DNA of 61,347 nt, the filler included, from Sluysia triapertura (taxonomy: Eukaryota): the NCBI GenBank assembly GCA_046118255.1. It is 4 parts of 4 records of this genome, joined end to end, with 100 filler letters (N's around TTAATTAATTAA, not from the genome) between each part and the next. Parts side by side here need not be neighbours in the genome. Positions count along the whole stretch, not along the records: positions 50,363 to 61,347 come from JBJNIA010190574.1; 3 more parts are not named here. One strand, written 5' to 3'. The notes below the pieces were generated by a model. The model saw only the letters and a list, made by a program, of their open reading frames with translations, had not been told where the DNA came from and made no database searches. Positions 52,059 through 61,347 of the stretch are shown here, in pieces; position 1 is the stretch's first letter, and each line of letters begins with the position of its first letter. The translations under genes and the position numbers were made by a program.

Positions 52059-52800
52059 AGAATGGGAGGCCAAACTAATGCTTGTTCAAGATATTCTTGA
52101 TGATTGGTTAAAAATGCAAGCGACGTGGTTATACTTGGAACCCATATTCAGTTCTCCAGACATTATGGCGCAGATGCCAGAAGAAGGTCGCAAGTTCACA
52201 TCGGTAGACAAAACGTGGAAAGAAATAATGAAGCAAGTTGTGGTTGATAAACGTGTTTTATATGCGATAACAATCGAAAAAATGTTGGATAAACTGCGAA
52301 AATCGAATGAATTATTAGAACAAATTCTGAAAGGTCTGAATCAATATTTAGAGAAAAAACGACTCTATTTTCCCAGATTTTTCTTTTTGTCAAACGACGA
52401 ACTACTGGAAATACTATCAGAAACTAAAGATCCGACTCGTGTACAACCACATTTAAAGAAGTGTTTCGAGGGTATCGCCAAATTGAAATTCACAGAAACC
52501 TTAGATATTACTCATATGTTAAGTAGTGAAAATGAGGTTGTACAACTTAAAGATACTATTTCTACGTCAAAAGCACGTGGACAAGTAGAAAAATGGCTGT
52601 TAGAGTTGGAAGCAGATATGGTTGCATCTGTTAAAATGAATATCAACCATGCTTTAGAAGATTACAAAAAGACTATTCGTAAAGAATGGGTAAAAAGTTG
52701 GTTCGGGCAAGGAGTACTAGCTATATCCATGTTTTATTGGACTTTTTATGTACACGAAGCAATTCGAGAAGGTGGAGATGCACTGCAAAATTATTTAAAG
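52059..52800 (+). CDS. DNAH7: Axonemal inner-arm dynein heavy chain (DNAH7-like), internal exon, linker (DHC_N2) region
   Basis: tttag|A GAA TGG; [36 protein letters not shown]...[36 protein letters not shown]...TETLDITHM; donor aag|gtaagt. Confidence 0.9.
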
Positions 52801-53308
52801 GTAAGTTATAATTATAATAATCATTTATTAATTAAAATAATTTATTAATTTAGTATAATTAAAAGTAAATTTCTTGGATAAACCATTAAGATTTTTTAAG
52901 GAGTGTATGTTTAAGGATTATCTTTCGTAGAATTACCATTAAGAAATCCTGACTTATAAAACAATGACTTCAGGTGAACCCAAAAGAGGTTTAATAACTA
53001 TATTTGCTAGTTCTTTTTCTTTAGTAAAAAGAAGAACACAGCAGTATTACCGGCGATAATATTAATAATATTTTAATTCATTTTTTGCTCAATAATACTT
53101 GTTTGGCTTTCCTTACGTGTTGGTTTGTAATCGTTCTTACGTTGCTTCTGTTTTCTATTTTGTCTTCTTCATTTGGGAGCTTTTTTTGAAACATTTCGTT
53201 CTCGATTTTATTGGAACCTCTAAAATATTTCTTTTATCTAAGATTACTAAAACTGTCTCATATTTATCCAAAAATTGAATTTTTTATTAATAAATATTAT
53301 TATTACAG

Positions 53309-53541
53309 TTGAACAATGAACAAATCGATGATATTGTGGCACTAGTTCGAGGTAGTTTGTCAAAACAAAATCGAACAACCCTTCAAGCATTAATTGTATT
53401 GGATGTGCATGCACGTGATGTATTGGCAAATTTAATAACTGAAAATGTCACCAATGACAATGATTTTAATTGGTTGTGCCAATTGCGATATTATTGGATA
53501 GATAATAATATGATCACAAGAATGATAAATTCCACATTAGC
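53309..53541 (+). CDS. DNAH7: DNAH7-like exon
   Basis: cag|TTG; IVALVRG...[11 protein letters not shown]...[11 protein letters not shown]; phase-2 donor GC|gttggt. Confidence 0.92.
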
Positions 53542-53689
53542 GTTGGTTTTTTATATTTAATTTATAGATCATTCGAATTTTTCAAAAATTAAGAAACAAT
53601 CGCTTTGTTTATAAAAGGTAACTGTCACTTTGACAACACTTTCGACATCAACTAATAGTTTGGTAGTTTTTTATCAAAAAAAGAATTTT

Positions 53690-54626
53690 TAAAGCTTGAT
53701 ATAAGTAAAATAATGGAAGATGTGGGAATTACTTTGACAAAGACGGTCGTAAAAGATCTAATTTAAGTTCAAGACAAGTTGTTTATTGCGCATTGCTTGA
53801 ATTGAGTAACGATAACAAATTGAAGCAAAGCTCAATCAGGGCATCATAAATTCAATTTAAATGACTGGCATGGGCTAAGCAACACCAACATTTAACTGAG
53901 GATGACTACACTCGTCCTTTCAAGTATTGGATGACAAGACCACCTTTGTAAGAAAGAGACCTAATGAGGAGTTTCACGCTGATTGTGTCATAGTCTTGGC
54001 AGGCTGTACATTGTGATGGAACAATGAATCAACATTAATATAGGAATATTCTTGGAAAAAGGCTTATTCTTCAACTCCAGGATTGGTCCTCGATGGTGCA
54101 CCATACCAAATGACGAAATCAGTGCGAAAGTTTTTCGATGATCATGGTGTTAATCTGCTACCATGGTCTGGAATCTCTCCAGACAAATCCTATAGAAAAT
54201 CTGTAGATTATCAAAAGGAGAGTTTCTACCCATAAACTTAATGAAACCATGATAAAACTACGTTACCACGATGACGAGATCCAAGACTTGTGTCCCAAGC
54301 ACATCCGTGGAATGTCTTTAAGGTTTAGGATAACAATAGAGGGCAAACAAAGTACTGATACAACAGTTTGTACATATTTGATTTGTAGTAAATTGTGTTA
54401 TTATTCCACATGAATAAAATTTCTGTATATTTTGGATCTCAGTATTTTTATCTATTACTTTACTTTAACCAGAATTTTTTGGAGAAAGTAGTTATTTTCC
54501 AACATTTTACATTTTCTGTGACAATGTTTTTATACACTTTTCATTAATAGTTTGATAGTATCCTTGAAAAATGTTGAATTTTATCACAAAAATGGTTTTT
54601 AGTCTAATAATTTGGCCATTACTGTA
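53690..54626 (+). mobile_element. Tc1-like (DD34E) transposon remnant in a dynein intron
   Basis: LAWAKQHQHLTEDDY, VRKRPNEEFHADCV, DGTMNQH*YRNIL, DGAPY...VRKFFDDHGVNLLPWSGISPD-NPIENL; right end ...tttggccattactg followed by TA. Confidence 0.85.
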
Positions 54627-55375
54627 ATTTTATGATTTATTTGGATAATTTTTCAATATTAATTTTTAACTCCATTTCAGAACACCCGATAAAAAATAGA
54701 CAAACAATTTGTTCTAAAACAAATATATGAATTAGTCACATTTATTTGAGTTAAATGTTGATTGGTTGATTTTTGTTCTCGCACAAAATTTTCTAAGTCA
54801 TTAATGGCTTGAGAAAGAACAATTTTCGGTGTGTTAAGTGAATTATTACAGAATTGTGTATTTGTTAATGCAAATTATTTTTTGGAGTTTATTTTGGATT
54901 TTTCATCCATTGCGGTTCAAAATTGACATATATTCAATTTTCCATTTATTCAAACTTTAAAAATGTTACACTTTCAGATTTCCTGCTGAAAACTGATAAG
55001 AACATTTAATTAACACATATTTCTTACAGAAAAACATCACTTTTATAATTAGAAATAGATAATTTTAGAAATGCTGATTTGTGTGAAAATGTCCTTAAAA
55101 GTACTTGTAGAAGGCGATATCAAGAAAAAGTTGGTAAACGAATTTAGCAGTTTTTTGTTGCCTACTTTGGGCTTATTAAATATTATGTAAAATTATCAAG
55201 CAGCAAATGTTTTAGATGGACTTTCGAAATGAGAAAAATGGTGTTATGTTGTATTTTAGTCATAAAATGCGCAAAACATTTTATTGTGTACACATTCTCT
55301 TATTGTAGAAGACCATATTTTGAAGTTCAGTACTTTAAATTTCACAAATATATTGTTTTTGATATATTTATTTAG

Positions 55376-55613
55376 ATACGGTTACGAATATCTAGGAAAT
55401 ACTGGTCGACTTGTTATTACACCTTTAACAGATCGTTGCTATCGTACTTTGTTTGGTGCTCTTCATTTACATCTTGGCGGAGCTCCTGAAGGTCCAGCCG
55501 GTACTGGTAAAACCGAAACCACCAAAGATTTAGCTAAAGCAGTAGCAAAACAATGCGTCGTATTCAATTGTTCGGATGGTCTTGATTATATTGCCCTGGG
55601 AAAATTCTTCAAG
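55376..55613 (+). CDS. DNAH7: DNAH7-like exon, AAA1 Walker A
   Basis: tag|A TAC; [25 protein letters not shown]...[17 protein letters not shown]; donor aag|gttatt. Confidence 0.95.
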
Positions 55614-55638
55614 GTTATTTATTCTCATTATATTATTG

Positions 55639-55639
<1 letters not shown>

Positions 55640-55696
<57 letters not shown>
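55640..55696. repeat. (ATT)n microsatellite in a dynein intron
   Basis: Direct reading. Confidence 0.95.
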
Positions 55697-55697
<1 letters not shown>

Positions 55698-55699
55698 AG

Positions 55700-55930
55700 G
55701 GTCTTGCTTCTTGTGGTGCTTGGTCTTGCTTCGATGAATTCAATCGTATAGATTTGGAAGTATTGTCTGTCGTTGCTCAACAAATTCTAACTATTCAAAG
55801 AGCAATCGGTGCACTTCAAGATACTTTGATTTTTGAGGGTACCGAATTGAAACTAGATCGAACTTGTGCTGTCTTTATTACTATGAATCCTGGTTATGCT
55901 GGTCGATCTGAATTGCCCGACAATTTAAAG
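55700..55930 (+). CDS. DNAH7: DNAH7-like exon, AAA1 Walker B
   Basis: aag|GGT; [28 protein letters not shown]...[19 protein letters not shown]. Confidence 0.95.
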
Positions 55931-57000
55931 GTTGTTTTTGTTTTAATATTAATGTTGCAAAAAATAAAAGATTTTTAAATACGATGATCATGCAATAAGT
56001 CTGTTTTATAGAATAATGGAAGATATTTTTTGAATAATGTTTGTGAGGTCGTTCACTCCATAACTGACAATTTTATCAATGACAAAGACATCAAAACATT
56101 GATAAACGTTCAATACAAATCATTTACAAGTTTAAACATTTCACGCTACAGCTTACATATTTTACAATATATTTAATATCATGCTACACGTCACACAATC
56201 TTCAGTATAACTCGAACATTCACAACATTTATGCATTAGAAGAACTTATAATTTCCTTAAACAAACCGAATTGTGATTTTAAAATCTTTTCAACCACGCC
56301 GTTCACAACACTGAATATCTATTACAAAGCACTTGACAGTGTGTAACATTAATTATTCAAGTCAATATTTCTTAATTAGAAAGAACTTTAACTTCATTAC
56401 AATTCTTTAAGACGGGATGAGATGTGCTTTAATTTTTATTTTTATTCAAGTTTTATCATTAGTAATAATGATCACGTTCAGTTTTCAATTGAGTAATTAA
56501 TGATCATTTTAACTTATACCAAAGATACTTTGACAAATATAAGTTCAAATCTAGTAACGTTAAAGTCCATAACATGATTTATGATTTACAAGTTCTCTAA
56601 ATGAGATTTAGTCAAAAATGTAACATCATCTGTCATTTTTGCCATTCTTCCTAAATATTTAGTATCTATAATTACTATTTCTCTTGGTCCAATGACCCTT
56701 TTATGTTGATATTCCCACCAATTCAACATTATTTACAGATAATTGCTGCAAAGTAGTGCATAAAAAGCTAGTAGGATGGTTTTAAATCTTGGTATCGTTT
56801 TTTAATATTTAATTTTGCACTTAACTGTAAAATATTTAAAATTAATATTTATCTATTAATACAAGTAAGTAAATAAATTTTAATTATAATTGAAATATAA
56901 ATTAGGCTATACGAACACTCTTTTATTATATATAATTATATTTTATATCATAATATAATTTCTAAAATAATAAACCAAGATAATAAATCAATTTATTCAG

Positions 57001-57213
57001 GCCCTGTTTCGTTCTGTTGCTATGATGGTACCAGATTATGCACTTATTGCCGAAATATCATTGTATTCCTGCGGTTTTGTCAATGCTCGTCCATTGGCAG
57101 TTAAAATTGTTGCTACATATCGATTATGCTCGGAACAATTATCCAGTCAACATCATTATGATTACGGTATGAGAGCCGTCAAATCCGTTCTTACAGCGGC
57201 GGGTAATTTAAAG
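57001..57213 (+). CDS. DNAH7: DNAH7-like exon
   Basis: cag|GCC; [23 protein letters not shown]...[20 protein letters not shown]; donor aag|gtgaat. Confidence 0.95.
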
Positions 57214-57292
57214 GTGAATATTTGGATCTATTTTTTTAAATTTACGATATTGAAAAAGGTATTGACATCATTTTCATATTAGTACTATTTTC

Positions 57293-57341
57293 ATACTACT
57301 ACTACTACAACTATTACTATTACTACTACTATTACTACTAC
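57293..57341. repeat. Imperfect (ACT)n microsatellite
   Basis: Direct reading. Confidence 0.85.
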
Positions 57342-57515
57342 AATTAATTCCTTATTTAAATATAGTTCTTCAATTGTTCAAGAAATGGTTACATTCAAAG
57401 AAAATGTTTAGGAATTGCAATTCGTATTCGTAGTCTTCATTTTTTTTTGTTGAAATTTGTTATTTTTCGCGACAAAAAAGCTACAATTAATAATGATTTA
57501 ATTCAATAATTTCAG

Positions 57516-57827
57516 TTAAAATATCCTGAAGAAAACGAAGACGTACTTATGCTGAGAAGTATTATAGACGTTAACTTACCCAAATTTCTCAATCATGATT
57601 TACCCTTATTCAACGGTATTGCTTCGGATCTGTTTCCAGGGGTTCAACGACCTGTTCCAGATTATGATATATTGAATAAGTACATTAAAATCAGTTGCGA
57701 GAAAATGAATTTACAAGCAACTGATTTCTTTATGGAAAAAATACAGCAGATATATGAAATGATGATTGTTAGACATGGCTTTATGATAACTGGGGATCCA
57801 TTTGGTGGTAAAACATCTGCTTATAAA
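57516..57827 (+). CDS. DNAH7: DNAH7-like exon, AAA2 Walker A
   Basis: cag|TTA; [25 protein letters not shown]...[20 protein letters not shown]; donor AAA|gttagt. Confidence 0.95.
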
Positions 57828-57874
57828 GTTAGTTCAATTTTAATTAAGACATATACGAATTTCTTATTGTAATA

Positions 57875-58377
57875 TTTGGCTGTTGCATAAGTTCCCACCC
57901 TTATATGAAACTATTTGTTCTAGAAAGACTTTTTGATGTTTATATACCATTAGAAAACCTGTACTATGTTCTACAAGATTAAAGTAATCGTTTTTACCTA
58001 TATTATTTTTTGTCTTTTTTTAGAAGCGTCAAATGGATTGTTAAGTCGACAAAAATCGCATTTTCGACATCTCCTTTTCGCCTTTAATCTAGGTCAAAGG
58101 ATTAAGCGAGTGAAGCCGTGTATGGAGAGGACGCTACAGCTGAGAGAACTGCTCGGGATTGGTTTGCCAGGTTCAAAGACGATCATTTCGACCTCAACGT
58201 CGCTCCTCGTTCCTGAAGACCAGTCGAGATTGACGAGGACTAACTCGAGGATCTTTAGAATGAAGATGGCTGCCAGACATGCAGAGAATTGGGCGAAAAG
58301 ATGAATTGTGATTTCACGCCACTTTTGATTTTTTTGAAAATGTTTAAAAAACGGCGGGAACTTTTGCAACAACCCAA
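57875..58377 (+). mobile_element. Internally deleted mariner element in a dynein intron
   Basis: TA-flanked TIRs tttggctgttgcataagttccc / gggaacttttgcaacaacccaa; internal HFRHLLFAFN...VYGEDATAERTARDWFARFKDDHFDLNVAPRS*RPVEIDED. Confidence 0.88.
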
Positions 58378-59022
58378 TAAATAATAAAATTCTCTAAAAA
58401 GTATTTTATTCTTTAAATGTCTAATTTCTTCTATAAAAAACTTAATTACGTAGATTTAAAAACACCCATTACATATTATTCTCTTCTTTGAATGTAAAAA
58501 AGAAACATATTAGAAATTATTTTAGCTTTTAGCTTTTTGATAGAATATGTATAACAAATAAAACAGCTTCCTCGGAATGTTGTTGTTTATGATGCTGTGT
58601 TTAAATTTTTCTCTGTACAAATGGCTTTGATTCCGCTCAAAACATCACTGTGTGCAATCTTACAATGTTTCTTCTTTCTACTTGAGGTTTGATTAAGGCA
58701 AAATTAAAATTGAAAATAATAATTAAAAATTCACGTTTTATGAAGCGGAACTTATTTTAAATTGTCCGGTAAAAAAGTTTCAATATGTTTATTAATTATG
58801 AACAATGTAAGGTTAATATATTTCTATCCACCTTGTGTTTACTTGTATTTTTCATTTTTTAGTATTTTCTTATATTGTCTTATTCCTTGAAGGTGTTAAC
58901 TGGGATATTTGAGGTATTTTTACGGTATTGTGTTCTGGTTTAGTTTCACGTGCTTGTCAGAGGTGTATTCTACAATATTTTACAGTAATATTTAAATAGA
59001 AATAATTGCTGATATTTTATAG

Positions 59023-59571
59023 GTATTAGCATCGGCTCTCTGTGATATAAACGATGCAGGTTTACTAAATGAGAACAAAGCTCAATATACCATAATAAAT
59101 CCCAAAGCTATTACGATGGGTCAACTTTATGGTCAGTTTGATCCAGTAAGTCATGAATGGTCTGACGGTATTTTAGCTGTAGCTTATCGTAATTTTGCCA
59201 CTTCCACTACTCCAGATCGAAAATGGCTTGTTTTCGACGGTCCTGTTGACGCCGTGTGGATAGAAAACATGAACACGGTGTTGGACGACAACAAGAAGTT
59301 GTGTTTAATGAGTGGAGAAATAATACAGTTAGCTCCAACTACTAATTTGATATTCGAACCAATGGATCTAGAGGCCGCTAGTCCGGCCACTGTCAGTCGA
59401 TGCGGTATGATTTATATGGAACCGAATTCGATGGGCTGGAGGCCGCTGTTTACTAGTTGGCTTGCTAAACTGCCTCAATCGATTAAAGACGATTATAAAA
59501 AGATTTGGATTGATATGGCAGATAGATTTTTCGATGCTGGAATTGCATGTGTACGGAAATGTGGTGGCAAG
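59023..59571 (+). CDS. DNAH7: DNAH7-like exon, AAA2
   Basis: tag|GTA; [25 protein letters not shown]...[25 protein letters not shown]...[13 protein letters not shown]. Confidence 0.95.
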
Positions 59572-59614
59572 GTTTAAATAATTAAATATTTATTTATTTA
59601 TTTACATTATTTAG

Positions 59615-59980
59615 GAATTATCACCAACCGGTGATATTAATTTGATAAAATCGATGCTAAATTTAATCGATTGTCAAATAGATGCTTTTAATGATGAAGC
59701 TAAAATCGGGCAGATGGAAACACATCATATAAAGGTCTGGTTACAAGGAGTTTTCTTTTTTTCATTCACTTGGGGTGTTGGTGCTACTACAAATCACGAC
59801 GGCAGATTAGCCTTCGATAAGCTAACTCGTGAATTACAAAATGGGGGCATGATGGAAGAAACACGAATGAGATTACAGTTAATTGAGAGTGTGCCTCCGG
59901 CTATGGACGATTACTTGTGTGTATTTCCCGTGAAAGGAACTATTTACGATTATAGATTTATTGCAGAACCCACCGAAACA
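59615..59980 (+). CDS. DNAH7: DNAH7-like exon
   Basis: tag|GAA; ELSPTGDINLIKSMLNL...FFFSFTWGVGAT...FPVKGTIYDYRF; donor ACA|gttatt. Confidence 0.9.
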
Positions 59981-59981
<1 letters not shown>

Positions 59982-60040
<59 letters not shown>

Positions 60041-60051
60041 ATATTATTATT
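59982..60051. repeat. (ATT)n microsatellite directly after a splice donor
   Basis: Direct reading. Confidence 0.95.
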
Positions 60052-60905
60052 AACCTTTTTCGGTTCTGAAGGTTGTTCAGGTCTAGATCTAAACTAAATT
60101 TTTGAATCCTCTTTTTAGTTCTAAAAATAATTAGTAATAATATAATAAATTTATCTCTGAAATTGCACTCTAAGTTTCAATATTTAACCCATTCACTGCC
60201 AACCATGAATAAATTCGTGATACTTTCGATATATATTATAACGTACAACTTGTGGAGCTTTTATGGCCACAAACATGAACATACAAGTGTCAAAACTTGA
60301 AAAGAAACTACAAATAGTTTTTACAAAAATTCTACTTCATTTATTAATTTGTTATGTTTATTTAGCCCATCTAATAATTTATTGATAGGTACTACTTCTG
60401 ACTCTACAAAACTACACTGCTTACACTGATGAGAGAGCTGTTGCACAGATAAACTCAGTTAGAGTCAAATCGTTCAATATTACATGATCCGTTATCTCTG
60501 AGACATAGAAATAGAATCTAACTAATCATCAGCAGTAAATAAGCAGCGTTTGCAAATTTAGAGAAAATTGTATCCAGTTTCTTAGTATTTTTATACTATC
60601 ATCTATTTATGTGATTTATGATTTGTTTTTCTTGCTTAAACGTGTGTTCAAATAAGAAAAAGGATATCGAGTCCTGTTGCATTCCCATTGTCAGCCACGA
60701 GTATACATGTAAATAATTATTATTTATGAAAAAATTTGTTTGCATTTATCTTGAAATAATACAACTTAGATAAACAATAACAACACTCAAAACAGAAATG
60801 GCAAAGCGAATAACTTCATACAATTATTCAATTTTTAAATCTGTATAGAAATTTTCCTTATAATAATCTTTCTTTCGATTGTTTTTCATTTTGTTTAAAA
60901 ATTAG

Positions 60906-61103
60906 GGATTTGGAAAATGGGAACATTGGAATGAATTAGTGAAAGTAAAAGAAAGTATTCCTAAAGATGTTACTTTTAACGAAATAATCGTGCCGACTAC
61001 TGATACTGTGCGATATACATATTTGATGAATTTATTGCTGACACACCAAAAGGCTTGTTTATATGTGGGACCAACAGGAACTGGCAAATCATGTTATATT
61101 ATA
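60906..61103 (+). CDS. DNAH7: DNAH7-like exon, AAA3 Walker A (gene continues beyond the window)
   Basis: tag|GGA; GFGKWEHW...[14 protein letters not shown]...[13 protein letters not shown]; donor ATA|gtaagt; not in the supplied ORF track. Confidence 0.92.
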
Positions 61104-61164
61104 GTAAGTTTTAATTAATAATTGTGAAATTAATTACGATACTTGAAAACAATTTAAATATCAG

Positions 61165-61183
61165 TAATAATAATAATAATAAC

Positions 61184-61229
<46 letters not shown>

Positions 61230-61243
61230 TAATAATAATAATA
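61165..61243. repeat. (AAT)n microsatellite
   Basis: Direct reading. Confidence 0.95.
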
Positions 61244-61347
61244 AAATCAAGGTTAAGATTAATTTATTGGAACATGTACAGTAGTTTGTATATTAGTAGT
61301 GGGTCCACGCATCAAACCTTTTTGAGGATTGTAATTTTATAATAATA

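Noticed and set aside
59981-60097. Poly-Ile, poly-Tyr and poly-Asn tracts in the ORF track (also 55614-55697, 61124-61342)
   Set aside because: ORFs running into intronic ATT/AAT microsatellites
60184-60545. TTAA-CCC start resembling a piggyBac end
   Set aside because: No convincing matching right TIR or second TTAA

Overview
A very AT-rich, intron-containing eukaryotic (animal-like) draft scaffold with four N gaps, three carrying the artificial TTAATTAATTAA linker. Host genes: a complete 4-exon DLST (2-oxoglutarate dehydrogenase E2, 454 aa, minus strand, 5339-10951); nine consecutive exons of a DNAH7-like inner-arm axonemal dynein heavy chain (plus strand, 52059-61103, both ends absent); a secreted C-type lectin (15366-15926); and an intronless 587-aa orphan ORF (18900-20663). 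Decayed genes include a J-domain (HPD) protein and an MS4A/CD20-like tetraspan protein. The rest is dense with old mobile elements: L2/CR1-type LINE ends, mariner, Tc1, piggyBac-type pieces, Ty3/Gypsy gag remnants with tRNA-Lys-type primer-binding sites, solo-LTR-like repeats and a recent ~1 kb duplication. Two non-coding systems stand out. (1) A dispersed element carries an ordered array of hairpins of the form stem-CC-loop(TTAA/TTAC)-GG-bulged T-stem. The stems differ completely between copies but still pair, and the spacing is conserved (copies at about 12.1, 13.3 and 39.2 kb). (2) A ~170 bp repeat has a tRNA-Cys-like core enclosed by TGTTAGAC/GTCTAACA inverted repeats plus a conserved upstream flank, unlike a standard SINE (six copies). 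All calls come from reading the sequence by eye; no database search was run.
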